IMG/VR virus record: IMGVR_UViG_3300025087_000016
Span: 1 to 42,768 of that record
Origin: a virus
Taxonomy: Duplodnaviria; Caudoviricetes
DNA length: 42,768 bases
Reading direction: 5' to 3' (one strand)
Below, piece after piece: positions 18,720 to 26,740 of this stretch (positions within the stretch are counted from its first letter, which is position 1; the number at the start of each line of letters is the position of its first letter). The notes beneath the pieces were generated by a model, which had not been told where the DNA came from, made no database searches, and saw nothing but the letters and a program-made list of their open reading frames with translations. The translations under genes were made by a program, and so were the position numbers.

Positions 18720-18748
18720 AATATAGCAGGTTAAAGGTTATTTGTCAA
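18720..18748 (-). promoter_or_regulatory. Sigma70-type promoter
   Basis: TTGACA-17 nt-TATATT with extended TGn on the - strand. Confidence 0.75.
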
Positions 18749-18754
18749 GGGGTT

Positions 18755-19009
18755 TTACGGAATCGGTCTACATTCTTTAGGGCAGTCAATCATAAGTGGT
18801 TCGGCTATTTCGTAAAGTGACTTACCTTCCAATTCATCGCTTCCTATTGCAAGCCCGATGATTGCCCCGGCTTGTATGTCAGAAAGATTTCTGAAAACAT
18901 GGATTCTACCAGACGGTTCATCTTCACAAAATATTGTCCAGGTATTTTCATCATAAGATCGTCTGGCTATTATAGTCAAGTCCTCTAGTTTTATTGTAGC
19001 CTCTAACAT
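18755..19009 (-). CDS. Early hypothetical protein
   Basis: AAGGAG RBS; first gene of the - arm. Confidence 0.65.
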   Translation of the reverse strand: MLEATIKLEDLTIIARRSYDENTWTIFCEDEPSGRIHVFRNLSDIQAGAIIGLAIGSDELEGKSLYEIAEPLMIDCPKECRPIP

Positions 19010-19031
19010 TGTGTTCTCCTTTCATGGGGGT

Positions 19032-19045
19032 GTCAAAATTTTGAC
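19032..19045. promoter_or_regulatory. Palindromic operator in the early leader
   Basis: Perfect 14-bp palindrome GTCAAAATTTTGAC between the promoter and RBS. Confidence 0.5.
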
Positions 19046-19081
19046 GCGTTGGGGAATTGACGATATATAGAAATTAAGAGG

Positions 19082-19110
19082 ATACTATCATATAGCTGAG
19101 AAAAAGTCAA
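19082..19110 (-). promoter_or_regulatory. Sigma70-type promoter
   Basis: TTGACT-17 nt-TAGTAT with extended TGn; shares the upstream CCCTTGAC context with the 18748 promoter. Confidence 0.7.
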
Positions 19111-19289
19111 GGGTTTTTTTGGGGTATTCTCAGGTAGGCGGTAGGGTACTCATAGGGTACTTATTGAAGGCAGTAGGGTATGGTAGTAGGCCATTAGATC
19201 GAGAGATAGGGGTATGGCGAATAGCAGAGGTCATGTAGGTTTGGAAATGTAGCTGTATCTCGGTGTTTCTGAAAAGGGGAGTGATTAGA

Positions 19290-19317
19290 AGGAGTTAGAA
19301 GGGATATTATGTTAACT
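19290..19317 (+). other. dif-like XerC/XerD recombination site
   Basis: AGGAGTTAGAA-GGGATA-TTATGTTAACT; 11-6-11 layout with a near-canonical XerD arm. Confidence 0.55.
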
Positions 19318-19561
19318 ATGGGGTATAGAAGGGCGGAATAGGGGTTTTTGTTTGTTTGTAAGATGTTGAAATAGTGAATTTTATAGGTGAAAAGTAATAC
19401 GTTGTCGGATATACTGTTATTTTGTGATTAGATTGAATAATTTAGTAGGGGAAAATAAGCTTATGTTTTTTCTGGTATATGGTAGTAAGTAGGTATTATC
19501 AGGCTAGAATAGTGGAATATATGTATTTTCTGACATATAGACCTATAAGCTATTTGCTATG

Positions 19562-19591
19562 ATTAGGAGGTATTAGGAGGTATTAGGAGGT
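19562..19591 (+). repeat. Tandem 10-bp repeat ATTAGGAGGT x3
   Basis: Read directly; followed by a partial copy ATAGG. Confidence 0.9.
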
Positions 19592-19893
19592 ATAGGCTTA
19601 TTAAAGTGGGTTGGCGCGTGCAAAAGAAATACTATAGATCGAGATTTTATAGCAAAAATTTCTAATGGTTACAGTAGGTTATAGGTAGTTTAGGTTTATA
19701 GGATAATTTTTGATGTCGGATTTTACCTGATTTAATAGGAAATACAGGTAGTTATTATGACATTAAAAAAACTCCTCTAAAAGTAAAATTTGGACCTTGG
19801 CGGGCACAGGGAATATATAAAAAGAAAAATTATTTGTGCATTTGTGCTATTTGTTGATTTGTAACTATTAGAATAGTAGTAATAGTGGGTTAC

Positions 19894-19926
<33 letters not shown>

Positions 19927-20017
19927 TTTTAGGTCAAAAACTTAGAGAATAATTCATAATATTATAGGATATATTTCTCTTTGTCTTATCTTCTTGTTGT
20001 TTCTTGGGGTTTTTGGG

Positions 20018-20034
20018 TTGGCATGGATGTTGCT
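20018..20034 (+). promoter_or_regulatory. Sigma54 (-24/-12) promoter
   Basis: TTGGCATG-GATG-TTGCT; GG and GC 12 nt apart. Confidence 0.65.
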
Positions 20035-20109
20035 AATCAAAAAAAATACTCTAGAAGTAGGTGTTAAGTTTAAGTGAGTTAAAATGGGTTATCAATTTGA
20101 TAGCAAAAC

Positions 20110-20192
20110 TGTTACACTTGTAACATATCAGGTGTTACACTTGTAACAGTAGGCTGAAATTACTGGGGTTTTTGGGTGTTACACTTGTAACA
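20110..20192. promoter_or_regulatory. Three identical 16-bp palindromic boxes TGTTACA-CT-TGTAACA
   Basis: Copies at 20110-20125, 20133-20148 and 20177-20192. Confidence 0.8.
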
Positions 20193-20343
20193 GTTAGGTG
20201 TAGCGATTTTGACACAGGTAATAGTGTGTAAAAATACCTGTTTTTGCTGGTTTTTTTCTCTAAGTGTGTTATTTTTGCCATACAAGTGTGTCATTTTTAA
20301 CTCACTTACCCTAAAAAAGCTGAGTAATTTTAGCCTGATAAAT

Positions 20344-20360
20344 TAGGCATAAGTATTGCA
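20344..20360 (+). promoter_or_regulatory. Sigma54 (-24/-12) promoter
   Basis: TAGGCATA-AGTA-TTGCA, correctly spaced, about 35 nt before an AGGAGG-led ATG. Confidence 0.65.
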
Positions 20361-20395
20361 GGAGAAAGAGTGAAAATTTAACAGGAGGAAAACAG

Positions 20396-20467
20396 ATGTA
20401 TACTGTAACTGCTCTAACTGTACTGGCAATGGGACTTTATACGGCGCTGTTAACATTGTTATTTTAA
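20396..20467 (+). CDS. 23-aa hydrophobic single-helix peptide (not in the ORF track)
   Basis: AGGAGG RBS; MYTVTALTVLAMGLYTALLTLLF. Confidence 0.6.
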   Translation: MYTVTALTVLAMGLYTALLTLLF

Positions 20468-20476
20468 GGGGGAGAT

Positions 20477-20620
20477 ATGACCAGAAAAAGCCTAGACTTT
20501 GACAATCCGGATTTTTCTCTAATCGAGAAGTATGACAATGAGCTATATGAAGAATACACTGACCATAATTTGGATTCTGCTTTTGGTATGCACCTGGAGG
20601 CAGAAGAAAGGGAGTGGTGA
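20477..20620 (+). CDS. 47-aa acidic peptide (not in the ORF track)
   Basis: GGGGGAG RBS; MTRKSLDFDNPDFSLIEKYDNELYEEYTDHNLDSAFGMHLEAEEREW. Confidence 0.65.
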   Translation: MTRKSLDFDNPDFSLIEKYDNELYEEYTDHNLDSAFGMHLEAEEREW

Positions 20621-20621
20621 G

Positions 20622-20846
20622 ATGAAAAAAGTGAGAATAGAAGTATTAGATAAATCAGGTAAGCTTATTGAAGTTATCTACTGTAAAACTTGGATGGAAA
20701 GTATAGGTAATTTCAATCCTATGTTTTGTAGATATAATGGTAGGCGAACGTTAGTTCAAAGCAAGGAAGGTGATATTTCAGATCCATTTAGACGTGAAGA
20801 AAGTTATCTCAATAGCTTATATATTACCATAAAGGAGAATAACTAA
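20622..20846 (+). CDS. Hypothetical protein (start ATG 20622, MKKVRIEV)
   Basis: GGAGTGG RBS; 1 nt after the previous stop. Confidence 0.65.
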   Translation: MKKVRIEVLDKSGKLIEVIYCKTWMESIGNFNPMFCRYNGRRTLVQSKEGDISDPFRREESYLNSLYITIKENN

Positions 20847-20847
20847 T

Positions 20848-21000
20848 ATGGATGATAACAGAGAACTATTTCACGCGGCAGATGATAGGGTAAATAACAG
20901 GCTATTCGCTTATTACTTCATAGGAGTATTATCCTGTCATGTAGACCCGGAAGTATGGCGGGAGTGTCTGAAGCTCGCTGAAGAGAACTTTAAATCATAA
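20848..21000 (+). CDS. 50-aa hypothetical protein (not in the ORF track)
   Basis: AAGGAG RBS; MDDNRELFHAADDRVNNRLFAYYFIGVLSCHVDPEVWRECLKLAEENFKS. Confidence 0.6.
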   Translation: MDDNRELFHAADDRVNNRLFAYYFIGVLSCHVDPEVWRECLKLAEENFKS

Positions 21001-21022
21001 AGCAGGAAAGGAGAAAAGCGTT

Positions 21023-21304
21023 ATGATAAAAATTAACAATTGGTCAGTAGGTGGAAATAATAATCCATATATACCGCCTGAATGTAGAACATTACATCTA
21101 AGTGGTATTGTTTTTAATCATCCAAAGATAGCCGATGGAGCACAAGTTACTACATCCGCTATTATAGATGCTAAGAAAAGGATAGTTTATACTACATCTG
21201 GAAGTATTTATATCTTAGGTAAAATTTCTAAATCATATCGTAAATATCTACACGATATAAGACCTAATTGGAATTGGAGAATACCGATAACTATAATACG
21301 TTAA
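21023..21304 (+). CDS. Conserved phage hypothetical protein (G.V..HP...DG..V.TS type, possibly DUF6634-like)
   Basis: AAGGAG RBS; NWSV...PY.PPE...LSGIVFNHPKIADGAQVTTS...T.SGSIY.LG. Confidence 0.6.
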   Translation: MIKINNWSVGGNNNPYIPPECRTLHLSGIVFNHPKIADGAQVTTSAIIDAKKRIVYTTSGSIYILGKISKSYRKYLHDIRPNWNWRIPITIIR

Positions 21305-21322
21305 TCCCTAATTGCTGCTCAC

Positions 21323-21354
21323 AATATCCCTTGGCTTACATAGCAAGGGATATT
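21323..21354 (+). terminator. Hairpin terminator closing the small-ORF operon
   Basis: AATATCCCTT/AAGGGATATT stem followed by TTATTT. Confidence 0.7.
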
Positions 21355-21588
21355 TTATTTCAATAATATATATTGAAATAGTATATAATAGCATATGCTG
21401 GCTAGTAAATATAGTATTATAATATATATCATTATAATAATCATTATTAATAAATAATAATTATACCCCCCCCGGTGAAAGCCCCATTGACTTTGTACAA
21501 ATAGAGGGAAGTTCCCCCCACAATTACCCAAATTTTTCACACCTAAAAATTACGGCCTATATTTCTCACAAAATTTGTGTAATATTCA

Positions 21589-21951
21589 CTATTTTTTATC
21601 CACCAAAATCCATATTTCATTAACATTTAAAATTCCAGTATTATCAGGATGTGGGTCATGAATCATTTCTTCACCATTATAAATAACAACATGATCAAAA
21701 TTACCCCTTGGAGATTTACCAGATGCTATAAATTTAATAGGAGGATAAAATTCTTTTAATCTTAATAAATAAATATTTTTATTATCTAACCATTTTAAAA
21801 CAGCAGGCCACCATTTATCATCATCCATATCCTCAAATTTAGGTATTTCTTCTATTTCTAATTCAAGTAAACTAGCAAAACATGCAGCCATACAATTTCC
21901 ATTAATATTATTTTCAGGATCATGTAATTTTGTTTGTTTTATTTTAATCAT
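21589..21951 (-). CDS. Papain/C39-like peptidase-fold protein
   Basis: Q...GNCMAACFASLL nucleophile helix and HVVIY...IHDPHP (Cys-His-Asp). Confidence 0.55.
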   Translation of the reverse strand: MIKIKQTKLHDPENNINGNCMAACFASLLELEIEEIPKFEDMDDDKWWPAVLKWLDNKNIYLLRLKEFYPPIKFIASGKSPRGNFDHVVIYNGEEMIHDPHPDNTGILNVNEIWILVDKK

Positions 21952-22271
21952 CTCACCACCCCACCACTATAATCAGATTCGTTATAATAACTAATACTTC
22001 TACATGTTTTACATAATCTAATATACCTATTATGAGTAATAAATTTCTTCTCACATTTCAAACACTCTCTACTAAAAGTCCCATCATAAGCTTTAATCTT
22101 TATTCCCGTAATAGTATAATTTTTATCTAATTTGTATTTACAATCTCTAACTCTTCTAACCGTAAGTTTATTATCCTGACATTCTTTCTTATCGCACCAA
22201 CCCTTACTAGGAGTTCTAGCTATAAATCCTTCTTTACAGAATTTACACACACAGATGAACTCTCTAGGCAT
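21948..22271 (-). CDS. Zinc-finger protein
   Basis: AAGGAGG RBS; CKFC...C....C; CLKC..KF......IRLCKTC. Confidence 0.6.
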   Translation of the reverse strand: MPREFICVCKFCKEGFIARTPSKGWCDKKECQDNKLTVRRVRDCKYKLDKNYTITGIKIKAYDGTFSRECLKCEKKFITHNRYIRLCKTCRSISYYNESDYSGGVVR

Positions 22272-22297
22272 AATTTACCTCCTTTTTTAGGGTATAT

Positions 22298-22349
22298 TAT
22301 ATACATTATATGGGTTGACTTGTCAAGTAAAATCGCTATATACTATAAT
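22298..22349. promoter_or_regulatory. Divergent sigma70 promoters sharing a TTGAC-TT-GTCAA inverted repeat
   Basis: Leftward TTGACA-17-TATATA; rightward TTGACT-18-TATACT (also TATAAT at 22344). Confidence 0.55.
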
Positions 22350-22377
22350 CACCCTAAAAAAATTGGTATTTTTTTCC

Positions 22378-22938
22378 ATGACCCAAGAAACCCAAGTCTT
22401 AACACGCGATTGGTACGACAAATTACAAGCACAAGCTGCTAGTAATTTTGTTAATCTACCAATAGAATTTCAAATGCGTGGTTATGACTATGATTTTATA
22501 GCTAAATCATATCTTAACTTTTTCAGATGCGAAGATAATACCAGACACGATAAGTTAAAACTAGCTAAGAAGTTTCTGAATTTTATAAGAAGTATAAATA
22601 AAAACCGTGCGAGACGGGAACTTTCAGAAGATTTTTTTCTTTGTTTTGAGTATTTCATGGAAAACTTTCCAGACCTATTAGCTAAACAAGATATGGTACA
22701 CTTAGAGACACTTGAGATCATAACCCAAGCTGTAGACCGGTCACAGTTCATACAAGATATTATATCAGTAGATGAACTTAAACGCCGAGTTTCTAACTTA
22801 GAAAAAACCCAAGAAAAAGAACATGAAATAATCTCTAATTGGGATGAGGAAGAATATATAACATTACAAAAAGAAAGAGATAAATACTTACTTTTACAGG
22901 AGATAACAGAAAATGGGCTTGATCCAGAACCTAGTTGA
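22378..22938 (+). CDS. Helical protein; small terminase candidate or N-terminal part of the large terminase
   Basis: First gene of the packaging/structural arm; ends CCT AGT TGA, matching CCT AGC at the start of the TerL ORF. Confidence 0.45.
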   Translation: MTQETQVLTRDWYDKLQAQAASNFVNLPIEFQMRGYDYDFIAKSYLNFFRCEDNTRHDKLKLAKKFLNFIRSINKNRARRELSEDFFLCFEYFMENFPDLLAKQDMVHLETLEIITQAVDRSQFIQDIISVDELKRRVSNLEKTQEKEHEIISNWDEEEYITLQKERDKYLLLQEITENGLDPEPS

Positions 22939-23296
22939 TGAAAATATGTCAAAAATAGAAGATATAGAATCTTTATGCCAAAAGATTCTATCGGGTAATT
23001 ATAGCACAAAACATACTCTACAAGAAGATGGGACTATTTTAATACAGGCTATACCTATATCAGCCATGTATAAAGATGAAGAACAAGAAGAACCCCTCCC
23101 ATTCCTTACCCAAGAAGAAATAAATAATAATATACAAATTATCCAAAACCAAACGCATGGTGAAGTATGTGGTACTTGTGTTAAAGCTCTTAATAACACA
23201 CCTAATCCACATGCAAATATGCGTTATTGTAAATATAATGGTACAATGGTGTCGAAACATCAAGCGTGTTGTGAGGTATATAAGCATGGCAAGTAA
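22913..23296 (+). CDS. Hypothetical protein with C-terminal Cys cluster
   Basis: CGTC...YC...ACC; start 22913 or 22946. Confidence 0.55.
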   Translation: MGLIQNLVDENMSKIEDIESLCQKILSGNYSTKHTLQEDGTILIQAIPISAMYKDEEQEEPLPFLTQEEINNNIQIIQNQTHGEVCGTCVKALNNTPNPHANMRYCKYNGTMVSKHQACCEVYKHGK

Positions 23297-23462
23297 GTGG
23301 GCAGAAGAAAAAAGAATTAAAGATTTGTACGCAAATTTACAACTTAAGCGTGGATTTGTAATTAAACCAGAATTTAATAAGCCAGGTTTCGTATTTACAT
23401 CAGTAGATGGAAATACAAAATATTACATAGATAAAAATGGCTCTAGGAGAAGAGTAAAATAA
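23286..23462 (+). CDS. 58-aa basic hypothetical protein (start ATG 23286)
   Basis: GAGG RBS before MASKWAEEK. Confidence 0.55.
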   Translation: MASKWAEEKRIKDLYANLQLKRGFVIKPEFNKPGFVFTSVDGNTKYYIDKNGSRRRVK

Positions 23463-23463
23463 A

Positions 23464-24540
23464 TTGGACTTTCAACAAGCCATAGAATTAGGTCTTCTAA
23501 AAGAGCGAGAGACTCCACAAACAGACCTAGAAAAAGCACATCAAATGATGAGTGCAGAGAAACCTATAACTGCACAATTAAAAGATGTGTTTGAGATATT
23601 AACTCAAAAAAAGTTCGATAATCCTATACCTGCTCTAACTCGCAAAACACCAGATATTTCTACATTAGATAAATCCCCACTAAAGCCAGAAGAATCTTCT
23701 AAATGGCTAGATTTCATATTAGACAATGTAGATTTAGTATCTGGCATGACCAAAGCTTTTCACGGCACACCAAATAGAGTTTTATTTGGTAAATTCGACA
23801 AAAAATTTATAGGTTCCGGTGAAGGTGGAGCAGCACGCGGTTGGGGTTTCTACTTATCAGATGTAAGAGATATAGGTGAAACGTATGCGAAACTTAAATC
23901 AAAAAAAGGTAAAAATATAGAACCCGGTTACATCTACCGCGCAACCCTTCATCCCCACAAAGAACAAGAAAACTGGTTAGATTGGGATGAAAAAGTAACA
24001 AATGAACAATTAAATAATATTGTTAAGCAAGCTAAGATAGAAAATATCTCAGAAAAGATTGAATCTAAATTAGATTATTATAATAATAGTGTTTTAGGTA
24101 ACCCATATTATGCTGGTTCTACAGTTTATCATTGGCTTAAAAATATATTTGGTTCTAAAAAAGCAGCTTCCGAATTCCTAGACCGCGCAGGAATAGATGG
24201 AATAAGATTTGAAGCTGGTAGTATAATGGGAGTGAAACCACGTGTAGTTGAAAGAAAAATAGAAAATATATCAGATGAACAAGCCGATGTTATACTTAAA
24301 GAATTAAAACAAATTCCTAAAAGGGAATATGGTGAAAATATTGGTTTTGGTAAAGGTAAAGAAGGATTAATGAAGTATACAAAAGATTATCCAAGTTTAA
24401 TAAATGAAATAATGGTAAAACATGGTTTTAGTAATCAACAATACAACTATGTAATCTTCAATCCCGAACATATCCAAGTAGATGCAGTAGAAGAAGTATC
24501 AGGAAAGGTAGTAAAAGAATTTGTACCCAATAACCCCTAG
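23464..24540 (+). CDS. ADP-ribosyltransferase-like protein (ART domain of phage polyvalent-protein type)
   Basis: AFHGTP...F.KFD...IGSGEG..A.GWGFYLS....GETYA ... GIDGIRF ... NYVIFNP. Confidence 0.7.
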   Translation: MDFQQAIELGLLKERETPQTDLEKAHQMMSAEKPITAQLKDVFEILTQKKFDNPIPALTRKTPDISTLDKSPLKPEESSKWLDFILDNVDLVSGMTKAFHGTPNRVLFGKFDKKFIGSGEGGAARGWGFYLSDVRDIGETYAKLKSKKGKNIEPGYIYRATLHPHKEQENWLDWDEKVTNEQLNNIVKQAKIENISEKIESKLDYYNNSVLGNPYYAGSTVYHWLKNIFGSKKAASEFLDRAGIDGIRFEAGSIMGVKPRVVERKIENISDEQADVILKELKQIPKREYGENIGFGKGKEGLMKYTKDYPSLINEIMVKHGFSNQQYNYVIFNPEHIQVDAVEEVSGKVVKEFVPNNP

Positions 24541-26032
24541 CTGGCTATATTTATTAGCAACTGAATATCTTGGTTTTAAAGACTTTGGTATTCTACATAA
24601 GTATCTTTGTTCACGAATATGTGAACCAAGAGCAGCACAAATACGACTTATTTTAGTACCAAGGGGTTTTTTTAAGACAAGTTTATTCACATATACACAT
24701 AATACAGCTTTAACTCTTGAAAATCCTAATATTAGAATTTTACTATGTTCAGGAGTTTTACCAAATGCTAAAGCAATGGTTGTTAAGAATGGTAAAATTT
24801 TTACACACAATGAAGTGTTTCGTGATAGATTTAAAGAATGGTGTCCTAAGAATCCAGAAAATCCAGAAACGAAGTGGAACGAGTCGGGAATATATCTACC
24901 TAACCGAACAATTCAACATGCAGAAGGAACTATCGAAGCGTTTGGTGCAGATTCCACGATAGTTTCTCGACATTATGATTATATCAAATTCGATGATATT
25001 GTAACTCCAGAAAATTGTACTACAAGAGATCAAATGGAGAAGATTATCACAATAGTAAAAGAAGCTTTTGGACTTTGTGATAATCGTATGACTACACCTG
25101 TAGATATAGTAGGCACAACATGGGATGACGGTGACTTATACGCATATTATCTTAAAAAATATGTAGACTGCATAAAAGCCAATGTAAGTCCAAGTGTAGA
25201 AGTTATTAAAATTCCTGCCACATACCAACGTGAAAAAGGCAATACTATTGGTATAGTTCTACCTTTTAAAGAAGGTGAATCTGTATTTCCTGAAAGATAT
25301 AGCACAAAAGATTTAAATAACATACAGAAAGAAGATCCAGAAACATATGCTAAATTTTATGACCTTGATCCAGTTCCTATGGGAGATAGGACTTTTACGG
25401 ATTTTACTTATTATTCTGATCTCCCTGGTGATTATAAGCAGTTTAGAAAATTCATGACTGTAGATCCTGCACATACAGAAAATCCAACTAGTGCATACAG
25501 TGCGATAAATATTACAGCAACAGATAATGAAAAAAATATGTATTGTATACTTTCTTATCGTGATAGAGTAAATCCTACTATTTTTATGGATATGATTTGG
25601 AAATTTTACTTTGAATATGAGTGTGAAAAGATAGGAATAGAGAAATACGTTTATCAAAAAGCATTGAAACACTGGCTAATGGAGCGAGTTGTAAACGATC
25701 CAGAACATAAAGTTATGCGAATAGTAGAGCTAGATCATAAAGGTAAATCAAAAGAAGATCATATAGCAGCACTTTCGCCATATGTGAATACTGGTAGATA
25801 TAAATTCATGCGTTCACATACTACTTTAATATATTCTTTGTCAAGATTTCCAAAAGCAAAATGGCGAGATGAAGCTGATGCTGCTGCATATCAGTTGTAT
25901 TTAGTAAAACCTTCAAGTAAAAAAGAGATGAAAATAGTACATCCTAACTCTTTAGAATCATGGAAGCGAAGAATTAAAAGAGCTAGAGGTCTATTGGGTA
26001 ATAGACCTGGACTATACGTAGGAAACCTATGA
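24521..26032 (+). CDS. terL: Terminase large subunit (ATPase + RNase H nuclease); N-terminus possibly encoded upstream
   Basis: Walker A LVPRGFFKTS, Walker B HYDYIKFDDIV, coupling motif VGTTW, nuclease MTVDPA and DEADA; only a weak TTG start. Confidence 0.9.
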   Translation: MYPITPSWLYLLATEYLGFKDFGILHKYLCSRICEPRAAQIRLILVPRGFFKTSLFTYTHNTALTLENPNIRILLCSGVLPNAKAMVVKNGKIFTHNEVFRDRFKEWCPKNPENPETKWNESGIYLPNRTIQHAEGTIEAFGADSTIVSRHYDYIKFDDIVTPENCTTRDQMEKIITIVKEAFGLCDNRMTTPVDIVGTTWDDGDLYAYYLKKYVDCIKANVSPSVEVIKIPATYQREKGNTIGIVLPFKEGESVFPERYSTKDLNNIQKEDPETYAKFYDLDPVPMGDRTFTDFTYYSDLPGDYKQFRKFMTVDPAHTENPTSAYSAINITATDNEKNMYCILSYRDRVNPTIFMDMIWKFYFEYECEKIGIEKYVYQKALKHWLMERVVNDPEHKVMRIVELDHKGKSKEDHIAALSPYVNTGRYKFMRSHTTLIYSLSRFPKAKWRDEADAAAYQLYLVKPSSKKEMKIVHPNSLESWKRRIKRARGLLGNRPGLYVGNL

Positions 26033-26289
26033 CTTATGATATTAGAAAAGAAAAAATAGCATGGTTGACATATTTAATATATATAATTTTAACTGCTTTG
26101 TCGCTTTCATCCGTGTTTATGTCAACCAAAATAGAAAAAATATCTGATAAGTTATCAGATATACCAAAAGAATATGTTAGTTTAGAAAGATATAATTGTG
26201 ATGTTAATAGAATATATGATCTTTTGAAAAACATGGATATAAAACTTGAAAGGATAGCACATAATGGTGGACTGGAACGAAATAGGTAA
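26029..26289 (+). CDS. Membrane-anchored coiled-coil protein (lysis-associated)
   Basis: N-terminal TM helix; YVSLERY..D..RI...L..MD.KL; next to the endolysin. Confidence 0.55.
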   Translation: MTYDIRKEKIAWLTYLIYIILTALSLSSVFMSTKIEKISDKLSDIPKEYVSLERYNCDVNRIYDLLKNMDIKLERIAHNGGLERNR

Positions 26290-26629
26290 TTTTAAAAGAG
26301 AAGAATTTATTTGTAAGTGTGGTTGTAAAGAAGAAAATATGAATCAAGATTTTGTAAAAAAACTTGATAAAGTAAGAAATAAATATGGTTTTCCTATAAT
26401 TATTACATCTGGATATAGATGTAAATATCATGATTCTGAATTAGGTGGCAAAGGAAATCATACTACAGGAAAAGCTGTTGATATTAAATGTGATGTTTCA
26501 CAAAATAGGTATTATATGCTTCCTATTTTGCTAAAATATTTCAAAAGAATAGGCATTGGAAAAACTTTTATACATGTAGATGATTGTGATGAAAGTAATA
26601 AACCTCAAGAGGTAGTATGGGTATATTAA
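26264..26629 (+). CDS. Endolysin, peptidase M15 family
   Basis: F..EEF.CKCGC...ITSGYRC..H....GG...H..GKAVDI...IGIGKTFIHVD. Confidence 0.9.
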   Translation: MVDWNEIGNFKREEFICKCGCKEENMNQDFVKKLDKVRNKYGFPIIITSGYRCKYHDSELGGKGNHTTGKAVDIKCDVSQNRYYMLPILLKYFKRIGIGKTFIHVDDCDESNKPQEVVWVY

Positions 26630-26740
26630 TAGCATTGGGGGATAGTATGAGTAAGGTGATATTCCAGTTATGGCCTCAATGACCCTCACAGCAAAAGACA
26701 GCCGGGGATGGCAGGGCACACGAGAGGATAGGAGGGTGAG

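Noticed and set aside
20110-20192. Mini-CRISPR array
   Set aside because: The repeats are only 16 bp with unequal 7- and 28-nt gaps, and no cas genes are evident; they fit protein-binding boxes better
21355-21540. 61-aa ORF on the - strand
   Set aside because: I/Y/L low-complexity translation of an AT-rich non-coding tract; no RBS
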